64,000 nucleotides of DNA from Euryarchaeota archaeon UBA558 (GTDB lineage: Archaea > Thermoplasmatota > Poseidoniia > Poseidoniales > Thalassarchaeaceae): assembly GCA_002507175.1 (NCBI GenBank), contig DAZE01000005.1:20980-84979 (forward strand). The letters are read 5' to 3'. Numbering within the stretch: the first letter of the stretch is position 1; the number at the start of each line of letters is the position of its first letter. Shown here piece by piece: positions 52,640 through 62,232 of the stretch. The position numbers and the translations under genes were made by a program. The notes beneath the pieces are model-generated. The model was given only the letters and a program-made list of their open reading frames with translations, searched no databases and had not been told where the DNA came from.

Positions 52640-54862
52640 ATGGCAGACGGAGAGGGAGAACTCACGCTTAGGGTCGCTAAGGCCATACCGAGTGACGTCG
52701 GACATGGTAGGGCCAGGGTACCGTTCGATAACGATCTCAATCTCAAGCCAGGTGACGTCATTGAGATCAACGGAGAAAAATCAACGGCCGCGATTGTTTG
52801 GCGGTGTAGGCCCGAGGACGCTAATCTTGGAGTCATTCGAATTGACGGCATCATACGAAAAAATGCATCAGTTTCCCTGGGAGACAGAGTAAACATCCGG
52901 AAGGTTGAGGTCACCGAATGCGAGAAACTGGTTCTTTCACCGGTAATGGCGAAACAACAGAAGGTCAGGTTTGGACCGGGTATCGAGGGTTTTGCAAGAA
53001 GAGGCTTGAACAAGAGGCCTGTCGTATCAGGAGACAGGATTTTTATTCCGGGAATGACGTTGTTTGCAGAAGCCCTGCCCTTCCAGATCGTGAGCACCAA
53101 GCCAAAGGGGATTGTACAGGTCCTACCGTCGACGGAGATCGTCATCAAAGAAGATCCCGTTGATGAGGAAGATGAGAGCATCATACAATCAATATCCTAC
53201 GAGGACATTGGCGGGCTCGGTGACCAACTCCAAAAAGTCCGAGAAATGATTGAACTTCCATTAAAACACCCAATCCTCTTCCGCAGGCTTGGGATCGATC
53301 CGCCCAGGGGTGTTCTCCTTCACGGACCTCCTGGGACCGGAAAGACACTGATAGCCAAGGCCGTTGCTGCTGAGACCCAGGCCCACTTCACCTCAATAAA
53401 CGGGCCAGAGATAATTTCGAAGTATTATGGAGAAAGCGAGAAGCAACTTCGCGAGATTTTTGACGATGCCACCTCCAACGCTCCGGCCATCATCTTCATC
53501 GATGAGCTTGACTCCATCGCACCCAAGAGAGAGGACGTCAGTGGCGAGGTCGAAAGACGAGTTGTCGCCCAGCTCCTCACCTTACTAGATGGAATGCAGG
53601 GCCGGGACAATGTCGTGGTGATCGGCGCAACCAATAGGAGAGACGCCATAGACCCTGCTCTCAGAAGACCCGGACGATTCGATAGGGAACTTGAGATTGG
53701 GGTCCCGGATAAGAACGGACGTTCTGAAATCATCGACATCCACACACGCGGCATGCCGATCAGCGATGATTTCGAGATGGAATGGTTGCTGGAGAACTCC
53801 TATGGTTTCGTTGGGGCGGACATCTCTGCACTTGTCAGAGAATCGGCTATGAAGGCACTCCGAAGGTATCTCCCTGAGATCGATCTGGATCAAGATGAGA
53901 TACCCGCAGAGGTGTTGGAGAAAATGGAAGTTAAGATGGCGGACTTCCGAGAAGCGATCAAGGAAATCGAGCCAAGTGCACTCAGGGAGATTTACGTCGA
54001 AGTCCCAACGGCATCATGGGACGACGTGGGCGGTTTGAGCGAAATCAAGGAGCGCCTGAAAGAGAGCATTGAGTGGCCTTTGAACCAACCGGAGACTTTC
54101 GAACACTTCGGGATCAAACCCCCTCGTGGAATCGTACTCTTCGGGGCTCCCGGCACAGGTAAGACCTTGATCGCAAAGGCAATCGCGAATGAAGCAAAAG
54201 CCAACTTTATCTCGATCAAAGGCCCAGAGATGATCTCGAAATGGGTCGGGGAATCTGAAAGAGCGGTCAGAGAGGTCTTCAAGAAGGCGAAACAGGCTGC
54301 TCCTTCCATCATTTTCCTTGACGAGTTTGAGTCAATAGCGGGGGTTCGTAGGTCGATGACAGGCGAGGGATCGGACGTCATGAACAGGGTTGTCAATCAA
54401 ATCCTATCAAGCATGGACGGGGTGGAGTCGATGGAGGGCGTGATCGTGGTCGCAGCCACAAACAGGCCTGAAATGATTGATCCGGCACTCCTCAGGAGTG
54501 GTAGATTCGAGAGAGTCCTGCACGTCCCTCCCCCAGATAGGCAGTCGAGGTTGGAGATCCTCAAAATACACTCCTCCGAGATGCCATTAGGCCGGTTCAA
54601 GCTCGATGACATCGCTGACGACCTCGAGAACTACACTGGTGCTGACATAGAAGCAATATGCAGAGAGGCGGCCTTGATTGCCATGAGGGCGGGCAAGAAG
54701 ACAGTATCAAAGAGCCATTTCGAAGAAGCTGTCAACAGAGTAAGGCCAACGGTCAACAAGGACATGCTAGAGTACTACTCCAAGATGGAGGAGACACTTG
54801 TCAGTGGCCTGGAGTCTGTCAAGAGGAGCACCAACTCTCTTCAAGGCATTGAGTCAGTGTGA
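52640..54862 (+). CDS. cdc48: Cdc48/VCP-like AAA+ ATPase (N domain + D1 + D2)
   Basis: A double-psi-barrel N domain is present ([17 protein letters not shown]…[18 protein letters not shown]). Two AAA modules each carry a Walker A ([16 protein letters not shown]) and Walker B/SRH. It is 740 aa. Confidence 0.9.
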   Translation: MADGEGELTLRVAKAIPSDVGHGRARVPFDNDLNLKPGDVIEINGEKSTAAIVWRCRPEDANLGVIRIDGIIRKNASVSLGDRVNIRKVEVTECEKLVLSPVMAKQQKVRFGPGIEGFARRGLNKRPVVSGDRIFIPGMTLFAEALPFQIVSTKPKGIVQVLPSTEIVIKEDPVDEEDESIIQSISYEDIGGLGDQLQKVREMIELPLKHPILFRRLGIDPPRGVLLHGPPGTGKTLIAKAVAAETQAHFTSINGPEIISKYYGESEKQLREIFDDATSNAPAIIFIDELDSIAPKREDVSGEVERRVVAQLLTLLDGMQGRDNVVVIGATNRRDAIDPALRRPGRFDRELEIGVPDKNGRSEIIDIHTRGMPISDDFEMEWLLENSYGFVGADISALVRESAMKALRRYLPEIDLDQDEIPAEVLEKMEVKMADFREAIKEIEPSALREIYVEVPTASWDDVGGLSEIKERLKESIEWPLNQPETFEHFGIKPPRGIVLFGAPGTGKTLIAKAIANEAKANFISIKGPEMISKWVGESERAVREVFKKAKQAAPSIIFLDEFESIAGVRRSMTGEGSDVMNRVVNQILSSMDGVESMEGVIVVAATNRPEMIDPALLRSGRFERVLHVPPPDRQSRLEILKIHSSEMPLGRFKLDDIADDLENYTGADIEAICREAALIAMRAGKKTVSKSHFEEAVNRVRPTVNKDMLEYYSKMEETLVSGLESVKRSTNSLQGIESV

Positions 54863-55107
54863 TCGCTATGCCATCGGGTTTCGGCCGTGAAATTCTGAAT
54901 CGTCCGATACTCGATGGCGCAGGTGACACTCTTGGGCATGTATCCGACCTCGTAATGGATACGAGGACCGGTGATGTGGTGACCCTGCTAGTTATGATCA
55001 GCGAGGAACTCGATCCGGCTCTACTCCCCTGGCCAACTGTGGATGGGCTTCTGGAGGTTCCCACTAACGAAGTTGCCGAAGTCTCAAATGCCATACGGTT
55101 GAGATAG
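54859..55107 (+). CDS. PRC-barrel domain protein (small, ~80 aa)
   Basis: Its start (GTG 54859 or ATG 54868) overlaps the cdc48 stop. The sequence [29 protein letters not shown] matches the PRC-barrel pattern (V.d..G..lG.V.dv.hd..tG.v..l.v). Confidence 0.55.
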   Translation: MIAMPSGFGREILNRPILDGAGDTLGHVSDLVMDTRTGDVVTLLVMISEELDPALLPWPTVDGLLEVPTNEVAEVSNAIRLR

Positions 55108-55160
55108 CTAGATCTCACAAAGTCGGACAACCGTCTTATAGCGTTGGATTCGGTTGGCAC

Positions 55161-56831
55161 ATGCTGCTGGGCGGTGGACTGATGATGAATGGGCCGAGGC
55201 GATCTTCCAAGATCTTCAATCGGACGAATAGACAAAGACTCCTACAGTTCTCTTTTTGGTCTGTTTTGACACTCTTAATCGCGTTCATCGCATCGACCTA
55301 CATCGTTGATGGGAAGACACAACAATCCGCATATGGGGACGACTGGGATGATCTTGGCGATTTCAGATCTGAAATTAACTCAATGGGGGTCGAGACAACA
55401 GCCATGGTTTCAAGCCCACTCCTCCTCTCTGAAATCGATAACCCCGAGGAAACTGTGTTTGTTGTGTCCGGGGTGGAACGTGACACGATATCCCTACCTC
55501 GATTTACAGATGACGAATCCATTGTTGAACTGTCTGACTCCGACGGCTACACTGGCTCAGAGATCGAGGCAATCGTGGAGTACGTGCAAGCAGGTGGAAC
55601 ACTCCTCTTGATGGATGACTTCGGGTACTCGTCTGCACTGGCCCAAGAATACAATATTGTCTTCTCGAATCATCAATTGTATGACGGAGAGGCATGGGCC
55701 AGGGAGCTAGATTACAACTACGTCTGGACGAATGTCACCAATGCTCACAATCTTACTCAGACCTCTGGATCGACCTCAGTTTACCACCCGTGTTTAGCAG
55801 ACAGGGATTCGGACCTAATTCTGGACTTGATCGACCCTGACCCAGATTCGCAGAATGTGGGATTCATCCCAACCGATGACTCATTCGGGATGTGCGGGCA
55901 CCGTTGGGACTCCGAACAAAAGACCTATGATTTCTCTGAGAGTTATAACCTCCTGACTAGCAAACCATCTGCATTCGACAAAGAGTCCTCGTTCTCCCCA
56001 GCGGAGAATCGCTATCCGATAATCGTCTCTACGCTGGACTCCTACTTAGACTCAAATGATGATGGGGATTTGACCCCGGCATTTGAGGCAGCCGGGATAC
56101 AAGGGGACGAACAGGGACCATTCGCAGTTTATGCCAGGATCTGCTCTTCCAGACTGTGCGCTGAGCCTTCCTCAGGACAGGTCCACATCGCCTCAGACGG
56201 CTCACTCCTCATCAATGCAATATACTCATCATCGAACATCGATGGATCTAATGTCCCTGACAATGATAACAGGTTATGGGCATTGGACATAATCGCTGAT
56301 GCCCTATTGATTGGGAATAGTTCCTTGAAGCCGAGTGAGAATGCCGTGGTAATTTTCGATGAGAGTCGACATCAACAAACGAACCCACTTTCCGACACAT
56401 ACAATTTAGCATACTACTTCCTTGTGTATTTCACAAATGATTGGATGGCGATGCTCATACTGTTCCTTGCGCTCTTCATGATGTTGGAAGTGGTACTTAT
56501 TCGCAAAGAGGACCCAGAGGACTGGCGGCATGTCTTTAGGATAATTTACTATGGTTTTGGTGATGCAAAGAGGTATGAGTTTTATCAGCACCCAGACAAA
56601 ATAAGACAGGTATTTTTGTCAAAGATAAGGAGCACAAACACGATGACGAGGGAGGAGTTCGACTCGTTGTCATCGGAGGAGCTTCAAATTCTAGTAGACG
56701 ATCAAGTGCTACTTCGATTTATTTATGATAATCGCAAGTACAAAACCCAAGAACTGGTTGCTATCGTAAAGAGAATGCGAGAATGGGGCCCAGACGACAA
56801 TGAGCCAGACGAAGATCTGATGGACATGTGA
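55161..56831 (+). CDS. Membrane-anchored protein, DUF4350-like (N- and C-terminal TM helices flanking a large extracytoplasmic domain)
   Basis: An N-terminal TM (FWSVLTLLIAFIASTYIV) is followed by a ~370-aa acidic ectodomain with YVQAGGTLLLMDDFGY, resembling the DUF4350/GldG-like GG(T/S)L(L/V) segment. A C-terminal TM (WMAMLILFLALFMMLEVVLI) and a cytoplasmic tail follow. Family assignment is tentative. Confidence 0.45.
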   Translation: MLLGGGLMMNGPRRSSKIFNRTNRQRLLQFSFWSVLTLLIAFIASTYIVDGKTQQSAYGDDWDDLGDFRSEINSMGVETTAMVSSPLLLSEIDNPEETVFVVSGVERDTISLPRFTDDESIVELSDSDGYTGSEIEAIVEYVQAGGTLLLMDDFGYSSALAQEYNIVFSNHQLYDGEAWARELDYNYVWTNVTNAHNLTQTSGSTSVYHPCLADRDSDLILDLIDPDPDSQNVGFIPTDDSFGMCGHRWDSEQKTYDFSESYNLLTSKPSAFDKESSFSPAENRYPIIVSTLDSYLDSNDDGDLTPAFEAAGIQGDEQGPFAVYARICSSRLCAEPSSGQVHIASDGSLLINAIYSSSNIDGSNVPDNDNRLWALDIIADALLIGNSSLKPSENAVVIFDESRHQQTNPLSDTYNLAYYFLVYFTNDWMAMLILFLALFMMLEVVLIRKEDPEDWRHVFRIIYYGFGDAKRYEFYQHPDKIRQVFLSKIRSTNTMTREEFDSLSSEELQILVDDQVLLRFIYDNRKYKTQELVAIVKRMREWGPDDNEPDEDLMDM

Positions 56832-58090
56832 TAGCGATGTGGACAAGAAAGGCAACGATGATGCTCGTCGGGGGGGTATCACTCATTCTAGTGGGGATGA
56901 TGGTGAGCCATTTCCATCTGATGATTCTGGGCATGCTCATGGTATCTTTGCTGGTAATGGCCAGTTGGATAAGCGGATATCCAAAACTGGTCGTTGAGAG
57001 GGAATTGTCTGAAGAAAACGTGTACAAAGGAGACGACATAACTGTGACACTCACGATCAGCAACCAATCAAGACGAAGAACACAAACCTTGGATATCTAT
57101 GACAATGTGCCTCATGAAATGAAGATCAGAAGGGGAATAAACATGATCAGAGCTAACCTTGGACCAGGACAATCAACCGTGTTGAGATATACTGTTAGGT
57201 GTCCATTGCGAGGCCACTTTTCCATAGGCCCCACTTCCTTGAGATACAGGGACGTATTTGGGCTGTTTACCGATGAGGGCGTAGCAGACAAGAGGAGCGA
57301 CGTGATCGTATTCCCCCAGGTCAGGGACATCGAGGATGCGTTACTTCGATCAAATGTCCCCAAGATGTATACTGGAGCCACTACCTTGAGGACACCAGGT
57401 CAGGGAACCGAATTTTACTCACTTAGGGAGTATATGCCAGGTGACTCATTTAGGTCGATTAATTGGAAGGCCTTCGCGAGAACAGGGGACCTTATGGTTA
57501 ACGAGAAAGTCCGCGACGCAGTCACTGACGTCCACATTCTCTTCGACACAAGGGACATTTCTAGGATCGGTACAGTGCTCAAGAATCCACTGGAGATGGG
57601 GGCCGTGGCTACTGCATCCGTATCCAACCATTTCATCAGAAGGCGAGATGCAGTCTCACTGACAACTTATGGTCGGAGGATGGACCATCTTCCTGCAGAG
57701 GCAGGGGATAAGCAACAATACAAGATCCTGAGCCTACTTGCTGGGGTATCTGCAGGAGGAACAATGCCCCTCCAGGCAGTGACCAATGCGCTAATACCTA
57801 GGATGAATCGAGGCTCACCAGTTTTCGTTGTTAGTAGCCTTGAGGGAGACGGGACCACATTGCCTGCGATAAGGGCCTTGTCCAGTCACGGACATACTGT
57901 TTATGTCCTCTCTCCCAATTCAATTGATTTGGAGCGACTTGTGAGTAGAATTCCAAGGATGGCGTATGAGGTGTTAAAGATGGAGCGGCAAAATAGGCTG
58001 ATGTCGTTGAACGGCTACGGCGCTAACGTGATTGATTGGGTTCCGGACATTGACCTCGCACAAGCTCTATTGCAAGTCAAAAAGGGATAG
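56828..58090 (+). CDS. DUF58-domain protein (vWA-like, MoxR-associated family) with N-terminal TM helices
   Basis: The classic DUF58 motif YSLREYMPGDSFRSINWKAFARTGDLMVNEKVRD (REYxxGDxxRxIDWKxxARxxxLxVxE) is present after two N-terminal TM helices and a downstream vWA-like region. It has an ATGA overlap with the preceding gene. Confidence 0.8.
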   Translation: MIAMWTRKATMMLVGGVSLILVGMMVSHFHLMILGMLMVSLLVMASWISGYPKLVVERELSEENVYKGDDITVTLTISNQSRRRTQTLDIYDNVPHEMKIRRGINMIRANLGPGQSTVLRYTVRCPLRGHFSIGPTSLRYRDVFGLFTDEGVADKRSDVIVFPQVRDIEDALLRSNVPKMYTGATTLRTPGQGTEFYSLREYMPGDSFRSINWKAFARTGDLMVNEKVRDAVTDVHILFDTRDISRIGTVLKNPLEMGAVATASVSNHFIRRRDAVSLTTYGRRMDHLPAEAGDKQQYKILSLLAGVSAGGTMPLQAVTNALIPRMNRGSPVFVVSSLEGDGTTLPAIRALSSHGHTVYVLSPNSIDLERLVSRIPRMAYEVLKMERQNRLMSLNGYGANVIDWVPDIDLAQALLQVKKG

Positions 58091-59332
58091 GTGAGTGAAT
58101 TGAGTTCCGAGGGAGTTGAAACTGGTAAATCTCTGAGATTACGATCCGTCAGGACCCGCTGGCAGATCTTGGCCTTACAACTCGTGGCGACTGCGTCACT
58201 GGCCGCTCTTGTGTTGACCATGACTTCGAAATATGGGGAATGCGATCAGGACTTCATTCAAGAAGCAGATGGCGAGAATTATTGGTGCCCAGCATTTGAG
58301 CATACTCGCGGGATTGTCTATGTAGAGGACTCTTTCCAACGGGAATCAATCTTGCCGGACATCATTACGGGCGCCGACCAAGTAGGCAACTCATCATTTT
58401 TGTACCCCACAATTTTTTGTCTGTTCCTAACCGGCGCCCGTGCTTACACGTCCACTCGGGGGGCAAAATTCCGTCGAAGATTAAGAGTTGGAATTTATAC
58501 CATGGCTCTACTTTTCGGTTTGGGCCCCTTCCTCTTCGAATGGATATCTGGAATGGTCACTTACAGGCAAGCATACATCCCATTCGGCCAGAATCTGGAC
58601 ATATTCAACCATGCTGACAGGCTCTCGGTTCCAATGCAGTTGATTTCAGAGATCATTGTAATGGGAGTGGTCTTCGTTCCAGTTTTATTTGGTCTGATTG
58701 GAATATGGAACCTCTCAATGAGGTCAATAGTGGCGACCATGAGTTACGTTGTCATGTTCATCATGTTCCACGCCCTATTGACATTCGAGGCTGTACTTGA
58801 TTCAGTTCAGGGTATAGGGCTGAAGCCACTCCCTGCGCAGATCGGAGAATCTAGCATGTTCGGTGGATTGGTTTCACCACTCGCGTTTGAGCTGATTACG
58901 ATCTCAGTGGTCCTTTTTTTGTTCTACGAATCCTCTCACATGTGCATACGCCTGTTTGAGTACGTAGCTATGTTGCCAGAGAGCGCCCGGACTGACAGCG
59001 AACACATCAGGATGTTTCAAACCGTACTGAACACTCATCTCTTCCAACTCTTTGGTGTTATCTCCTTAGCGACTCTCCTGACTGCAATAGCATTGGATTT
59101 CGATGATATTCTGATAACCGTAATTTCTGAGTTTCAACCAAATCAGTGGAGTCAGCAGGTCAAAGACTCGCTGGAGTTGCAAATGACCTATGGTAAGGTA
59201 ATTTCAGCAGGTCTATTCCTCCTCTTCGTGAGCATGGCCCGATATCTTGTTCCATGGCAATTGGTCCTGGGTTGGTTTGAGTCACTATTCAGAGGAGGCT
59301 CGAAAAAGCCCGCTTCTGATTCTGAAAGGTGA
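58091..59332 (+). CDS. Polytopic membrane protein of unknown function (last gene of the Cdc48-led cluster)
   Basis: It starts (GTG) 1 nt after the DUF58 stop and is 413 aa with about 8 TM helices. No catalytic motif was recognised. Confidence 0.45.
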   Translation: MSELSSEGVETGKSLRLRSVRTRWQILALQLVATASLAALVLTMTSKYGECDQDFIQEADGENYWCPAFEHTRGIVYVEDSFQRESILPDIITGADQVGNSSFLYPTIFCLFLTGARAYTSTRGAKFRRRLRVGIYTMALLFGLGPFLFEWISGMVTYRQAYIPFGQNLDIFNHADRLSVPMQLISEIIVMGVVFVPVLFGLIGIWNLSMRSIVATMSYVVMFIMFHALLTFEAVLDSVQGIGLKPLPAQIGESSMFGGLVSPLAFELITISVVLFLFYESSHMCIRLFEYVAMLPESARTDSEHIRMFQTVLNTHLFQLFGVISLATLLTAIALDFDDILITVISEFQPNQWSQQVKDSLELQMTYGKVISAGLFLLFVSMARYLVPWQLVLGWFESLFRGGSKKPASDSER

Positions 59333-59334
59333 AA

Positions 59335-59640
59335 TTACCTTATTTTGAGTATACGCTCGACGACCCGGACGGTGATCTCCGAAGCAAACAAGGAAATCAA
59401 AATGAATGCTGGATAGACAAATAGTGACGAATTACCGAAGTCTGGTAGAATCACTCCTCTAACGTGAGAGGCCAATGAGATCGCCCCAATGATGCAGGCG
59501 GAAAGTACAGCCCTTTCCAACCAAGGAGTGGACCTTCTTCCACTAGGGAGACTGGAATTTGGAAGGGGCGGTGTTGAGTTCATAACAATGCGAGATGTGT
59601 CTGATGGAAGAACCCTCCTCCTTCCATTGCGTTCAAACAT
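59335..59640 (-). CDS. Small hypothetical membrane protein (101 aa, 2 TM)
   Basis: It is convergent with the cluster above and has two hydrophobic helices. There is no other support. Confidence 0.3.
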   Translation of the reverse strand: MFERNGRRRVLPSDTSRIVMNSTPPLPNSSLPSGRRSTPWLERAVLSACIIGAISLASHVRGVILPDFGNSSLFVYPAFILISLFASEITVRVVERILKIR

Positions 59641-59660
59641 AATTACCTTCGCGGACGCTC

Positions 59661-60656
59661 ATGTGCGGGCTGCAAATAGAACCCTGTAGCCGTTGTGAAA
59701 ACCCCAGCGTAGTGCATCAGCCTTACAGTGGTCAGAGGCTATGTGCTAGGCACCTCAGGGCCTCCATAAGAAAGAGGGTCTCCAAGGATCTTAGGAACCA
59801 GCTATCACTTCCCAAGGATGCCAGAGGGGCCGATGGGAGCCCTTTTCGCATTCTTGCTGCAGTGAGCGGGGGGAAGGATTCAGCGATAATGCTGCATATG
59901 TTGTGTGACATACTGGGAAAACGGCGAGACATCGAGATTGTCGCCGGAGTTGTAGATGAAGGGATAGACGGATACAGATCCCCTTCGATAGACTGTGTCG
60001 AGAAATTGTGTTCTATGATGAATGTGGAGTTAGTAAGAATAGGATATGAGGATATTGGGTACCAACGGATGGATGAGGTTGTAAAGATCATGCCAGCCAT
60101 CGCGGAGAAAAACCCCGATGCAAAGGGTATGATGCCATGCTCATTCTGCGGGGTTTTCAGAAGGCAAAGCCTGAACACTCTCGCTGAAAAGACAAATGCG
60201 AGGGCAATGGCCTTGGGACATAATTTAGATGATATGGCACAGTCAATTTTGATGAATATGCAAAAGGGAGAGGTTGAGAGGTCGGTGAGGCTTGCTCCTC
60301 ATACCGAAACTCCAATTGATGGGCTACCGCCTAGAATAGTGCCCCTCAGATGGATTCCTGAGCAGGAAATCCACGCACTCGCGATGGTCATGGAGCTACC
60401 GTTTTTCCACGGAGAGTGCCCTCATGCTGCTGGAGCCCAACGACAAACAAGCAGAAACATAATCGCAGCGCTTGAGACAAACACACCGGGTGCTAGACAT
60501 GGACTGTTACACAGTTTAGAGAATATTCGAGAGGTCTATTCACTGAATGGAGGAGGAAACTTGGATGTGAAATCCTGCTCGGTCTGTGGTGGGGTCACAA
60601 GCAGGGAGGTTTGTCAGTCCTGTACGATGAAATCATGGTTGAATGAACAGATTTGA
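59661..60656 (+). CDS. ttuA: tRNA 2-thiolation protein, TtuA/NcsA/Ncs6 family (PP-loop ATPase with N- and C-terminal zinc fingers)
   Basis: The PP-loop reads ILAAVSGGKDSAIML. The N-terminal zinc finger is CGLQIEPCSRC…C and the C-terminal one is CSVCGG…CQSC, with central Fe-S ligating Cys (CSFCG…). Confidence 0.8.
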   Translation: MCGLQIEPCSRCENPSVVHQPYSGQRLCARHLRASIRKRVSKDLRNQLSLPKDARGADGSPFRILAAVSGGKDSAIMLHMLCDILGKRRDIEIVAGVVDEGIDGYRSPSIDCVEKLCSMMNVELVRIGYEDIGYQRMDEVVKIMPAIAEKNPDAKGMMPCSFCGVFRRQSLNTLAEKTNARAMALGHNLDDMAQSILMNMQKGEVERSVRLAPHTETPIDGLPPRIVPLRWIPEQEIHALAMVMELPFFHGECPHAAGAQRQTSRNIIAALETNTPGARHGLLHSLENIREVYSLNGGGNLDVKSCSVCGGVTSREVCQSCTMKSWLNEQI

Positions 60657-60707
60657 TTCTATCTTTCGCCTTTTCATTTAAATACCGCCCCTTCAAAAGG
60701 TGGAAAT

Positions 60708-61034
60708 ATGCAACGAGAAGATTTGGAAAGTATGACTGTGGCTAATCTGAAGGTTTTACTCTCGGAACTATCCCTACCCGTCTCAGGTAAGAAAGCCGAA
60801 CTCATAGATAGAATTCTCCAGAACCAAAGTCCTGATACTATTGAGGTGGAACCTTCGTCTGAGAAGGAAATCGACGACGGGAACCAAGATCCTACTCGCG
60901 AGGATATCGAAACAGTAGTCTCAAAAATGGTGGAAGGTCGAATCGTTAATGAAGAATCAGAGATAACTCTCCAAACAATAGTCTTGATTGGCGTCGTAAT
61001 CCTTGCCTTGGGGTTGGTTGTCTTTTCTCTCTGA
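60708..61034 (+). CDS. SAP-domain protein with C-terminal TM anchor
   Basis: The N-terminus LESMTVANLKVLLSELSLPVSGKKAELIDRIL fits the SAP helix-extended-helix motif (L..LkV.eLR.eL..RGL...G.KaeLieRL). An acidic linker follows, then a C-terminal hydrophobic helix (TIVLIGVVILALGLVVFSL). Confidence 0.55.
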   Translation: MQREDLESMTVANLKVLLSELSLPVSGKKAELIDRILQNQSPDTIEVEPSSEKEIDDGNQDPTREDIETVVSKMVEGRIVNEESEITLQTIVLIGVVILALGLVVFSL

Positions 61035-61048
61035 GATCCTCTAGTCGC

Positions 61049-62131
61049 TCATATTGTTTTGAGATCTCTGTTTCCATCGCCTCCGGGCCCAACCCACGGG
61101 TCTGGTTTGTTCCCAAGAATTTCATCTATGGTCTCCATATGCTCCTCAGTAAGCCTCTTTGCGACGTCAATGCATCCTAGATTCTCTTTCAGTTGATCCT
61201 CATTCGTGGCCCCTAATAGAATGGTTGAGACGTTCTTGTTTTTCATACACCATGCCAATGCGAGCTGAGCCATACTACAATTCAACTCATCTTCCGCTAA
61301 AGATGCCAACTTCCTGAGGACCTCTATCTCGCCCCTCTCCTCCCTTTCTCGTAATTCGTCCTTTAACCAACTGTAGATCTCAACAGTCGCCCTAGACCCT
61401 TCAGGTATACCTTCATTGTATTTGCCCGTGAGGAAACCCGAACGTAGTGGCGACCAAATGGTGGTCCCCAAGGAATAGGGGGGATTAAACAACGGGAAAT
61501 ATTCTTTTTCGAAACGTTCCCTATGCAGCATGTTGTATTGCGGTTGCTCGAATGATGGCGGCTCTAGCCCCTCGGTCCTAGCAATCCAGAAGGCCTCAGT
61601 GATCTGTTGAGCAGACCATTCACTCGTCCCCCATGATGTAGAAGCCCCGGATCTAACGATGTCCGTCATGGCCCTGACAACAGTCGACGTAGGGGTGTGA
61701 GGGTCAGGCCTATGGCAAAATACCATGTCCACGTAATCCAAGCCTAGACGCTCTAGTGATGAATCAATCCCCTCCATAATGTGCTTCCTCGACAATCCTC
61801 GTTCGTTAACCCCGCTCCCTCCCCAGAAGATTTTGGTGGTAATCACCAGATCCGAGCGCCTCCAAACTTCCGGGTCTTCTTCAATCAATTCTGAAAGTGC
61901 GATTCCGAAGATTCTCTCGGCTTCCCCTGGGGGTGTACCATAGGCCTCGGCGTGATCGAAGCAGTTCACTCCTGCCTCACGGGCAATTTTCAGCAATTGC
62001 TTCGCTTTTTCGATTCCGGCTTTTCCCGAAAGATCTTGTTTTACACCATAAGTCGCCCAAAATCCATATGAGAGCACTGAAACCTGCAACCCTGTAGTTC
62101 CCATCATTCGATAATACATATTGTCCGCCAT
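61049..62131 (-). CDS. Aldo/keto reductase (Kv-beta / AKR6-like)
   Basis: It has AKR fold motifs (GLQVSVLSYGFW, DHAEAYG, …KIFWGG…). It is 360 aa. Confidence 0.85.
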   Translation of the reverse strand: MADNMYYRMMGTTGLQVSVLSYGFWATYGVKQDLSGKAGIEKAKQLLKIAREAGVNCFDHAEAYGTPPGEAERIFGIALSELIEEDPEVWRRSDLVITTKIFWGGSGVNERGLSRKHIMEGIDSSLERLGLDYVDMVFCHRPDPHTPTSTVVRAMTDIVRSGASTSWGTSEWSAQQITEAFWIARTEGLEPPSFEQPQYNMLHRERFEKEYFPLFNPPYSLGTTIWSPLRSGFLTGKYNEGIPEGSRATVEIYSWLKDELREREERGEIEVLRKLASLAEDELNCSMAQLALAWCMKNKNVSTILLGATNEDQLKENLGCIDVAKRLTEEHMETIDEILGNKPDPWVGPGGDGNRDLKTI

Positions 62132-62232
62132 GTATGGTGCTGGTCAAGTGCCGTACTCAAGATTTATGACTATGATGACCTAATATTCCCCCTCGAAAGT
62201 ATCACAAGGCATATGGGCGGACTGCACCCGTA

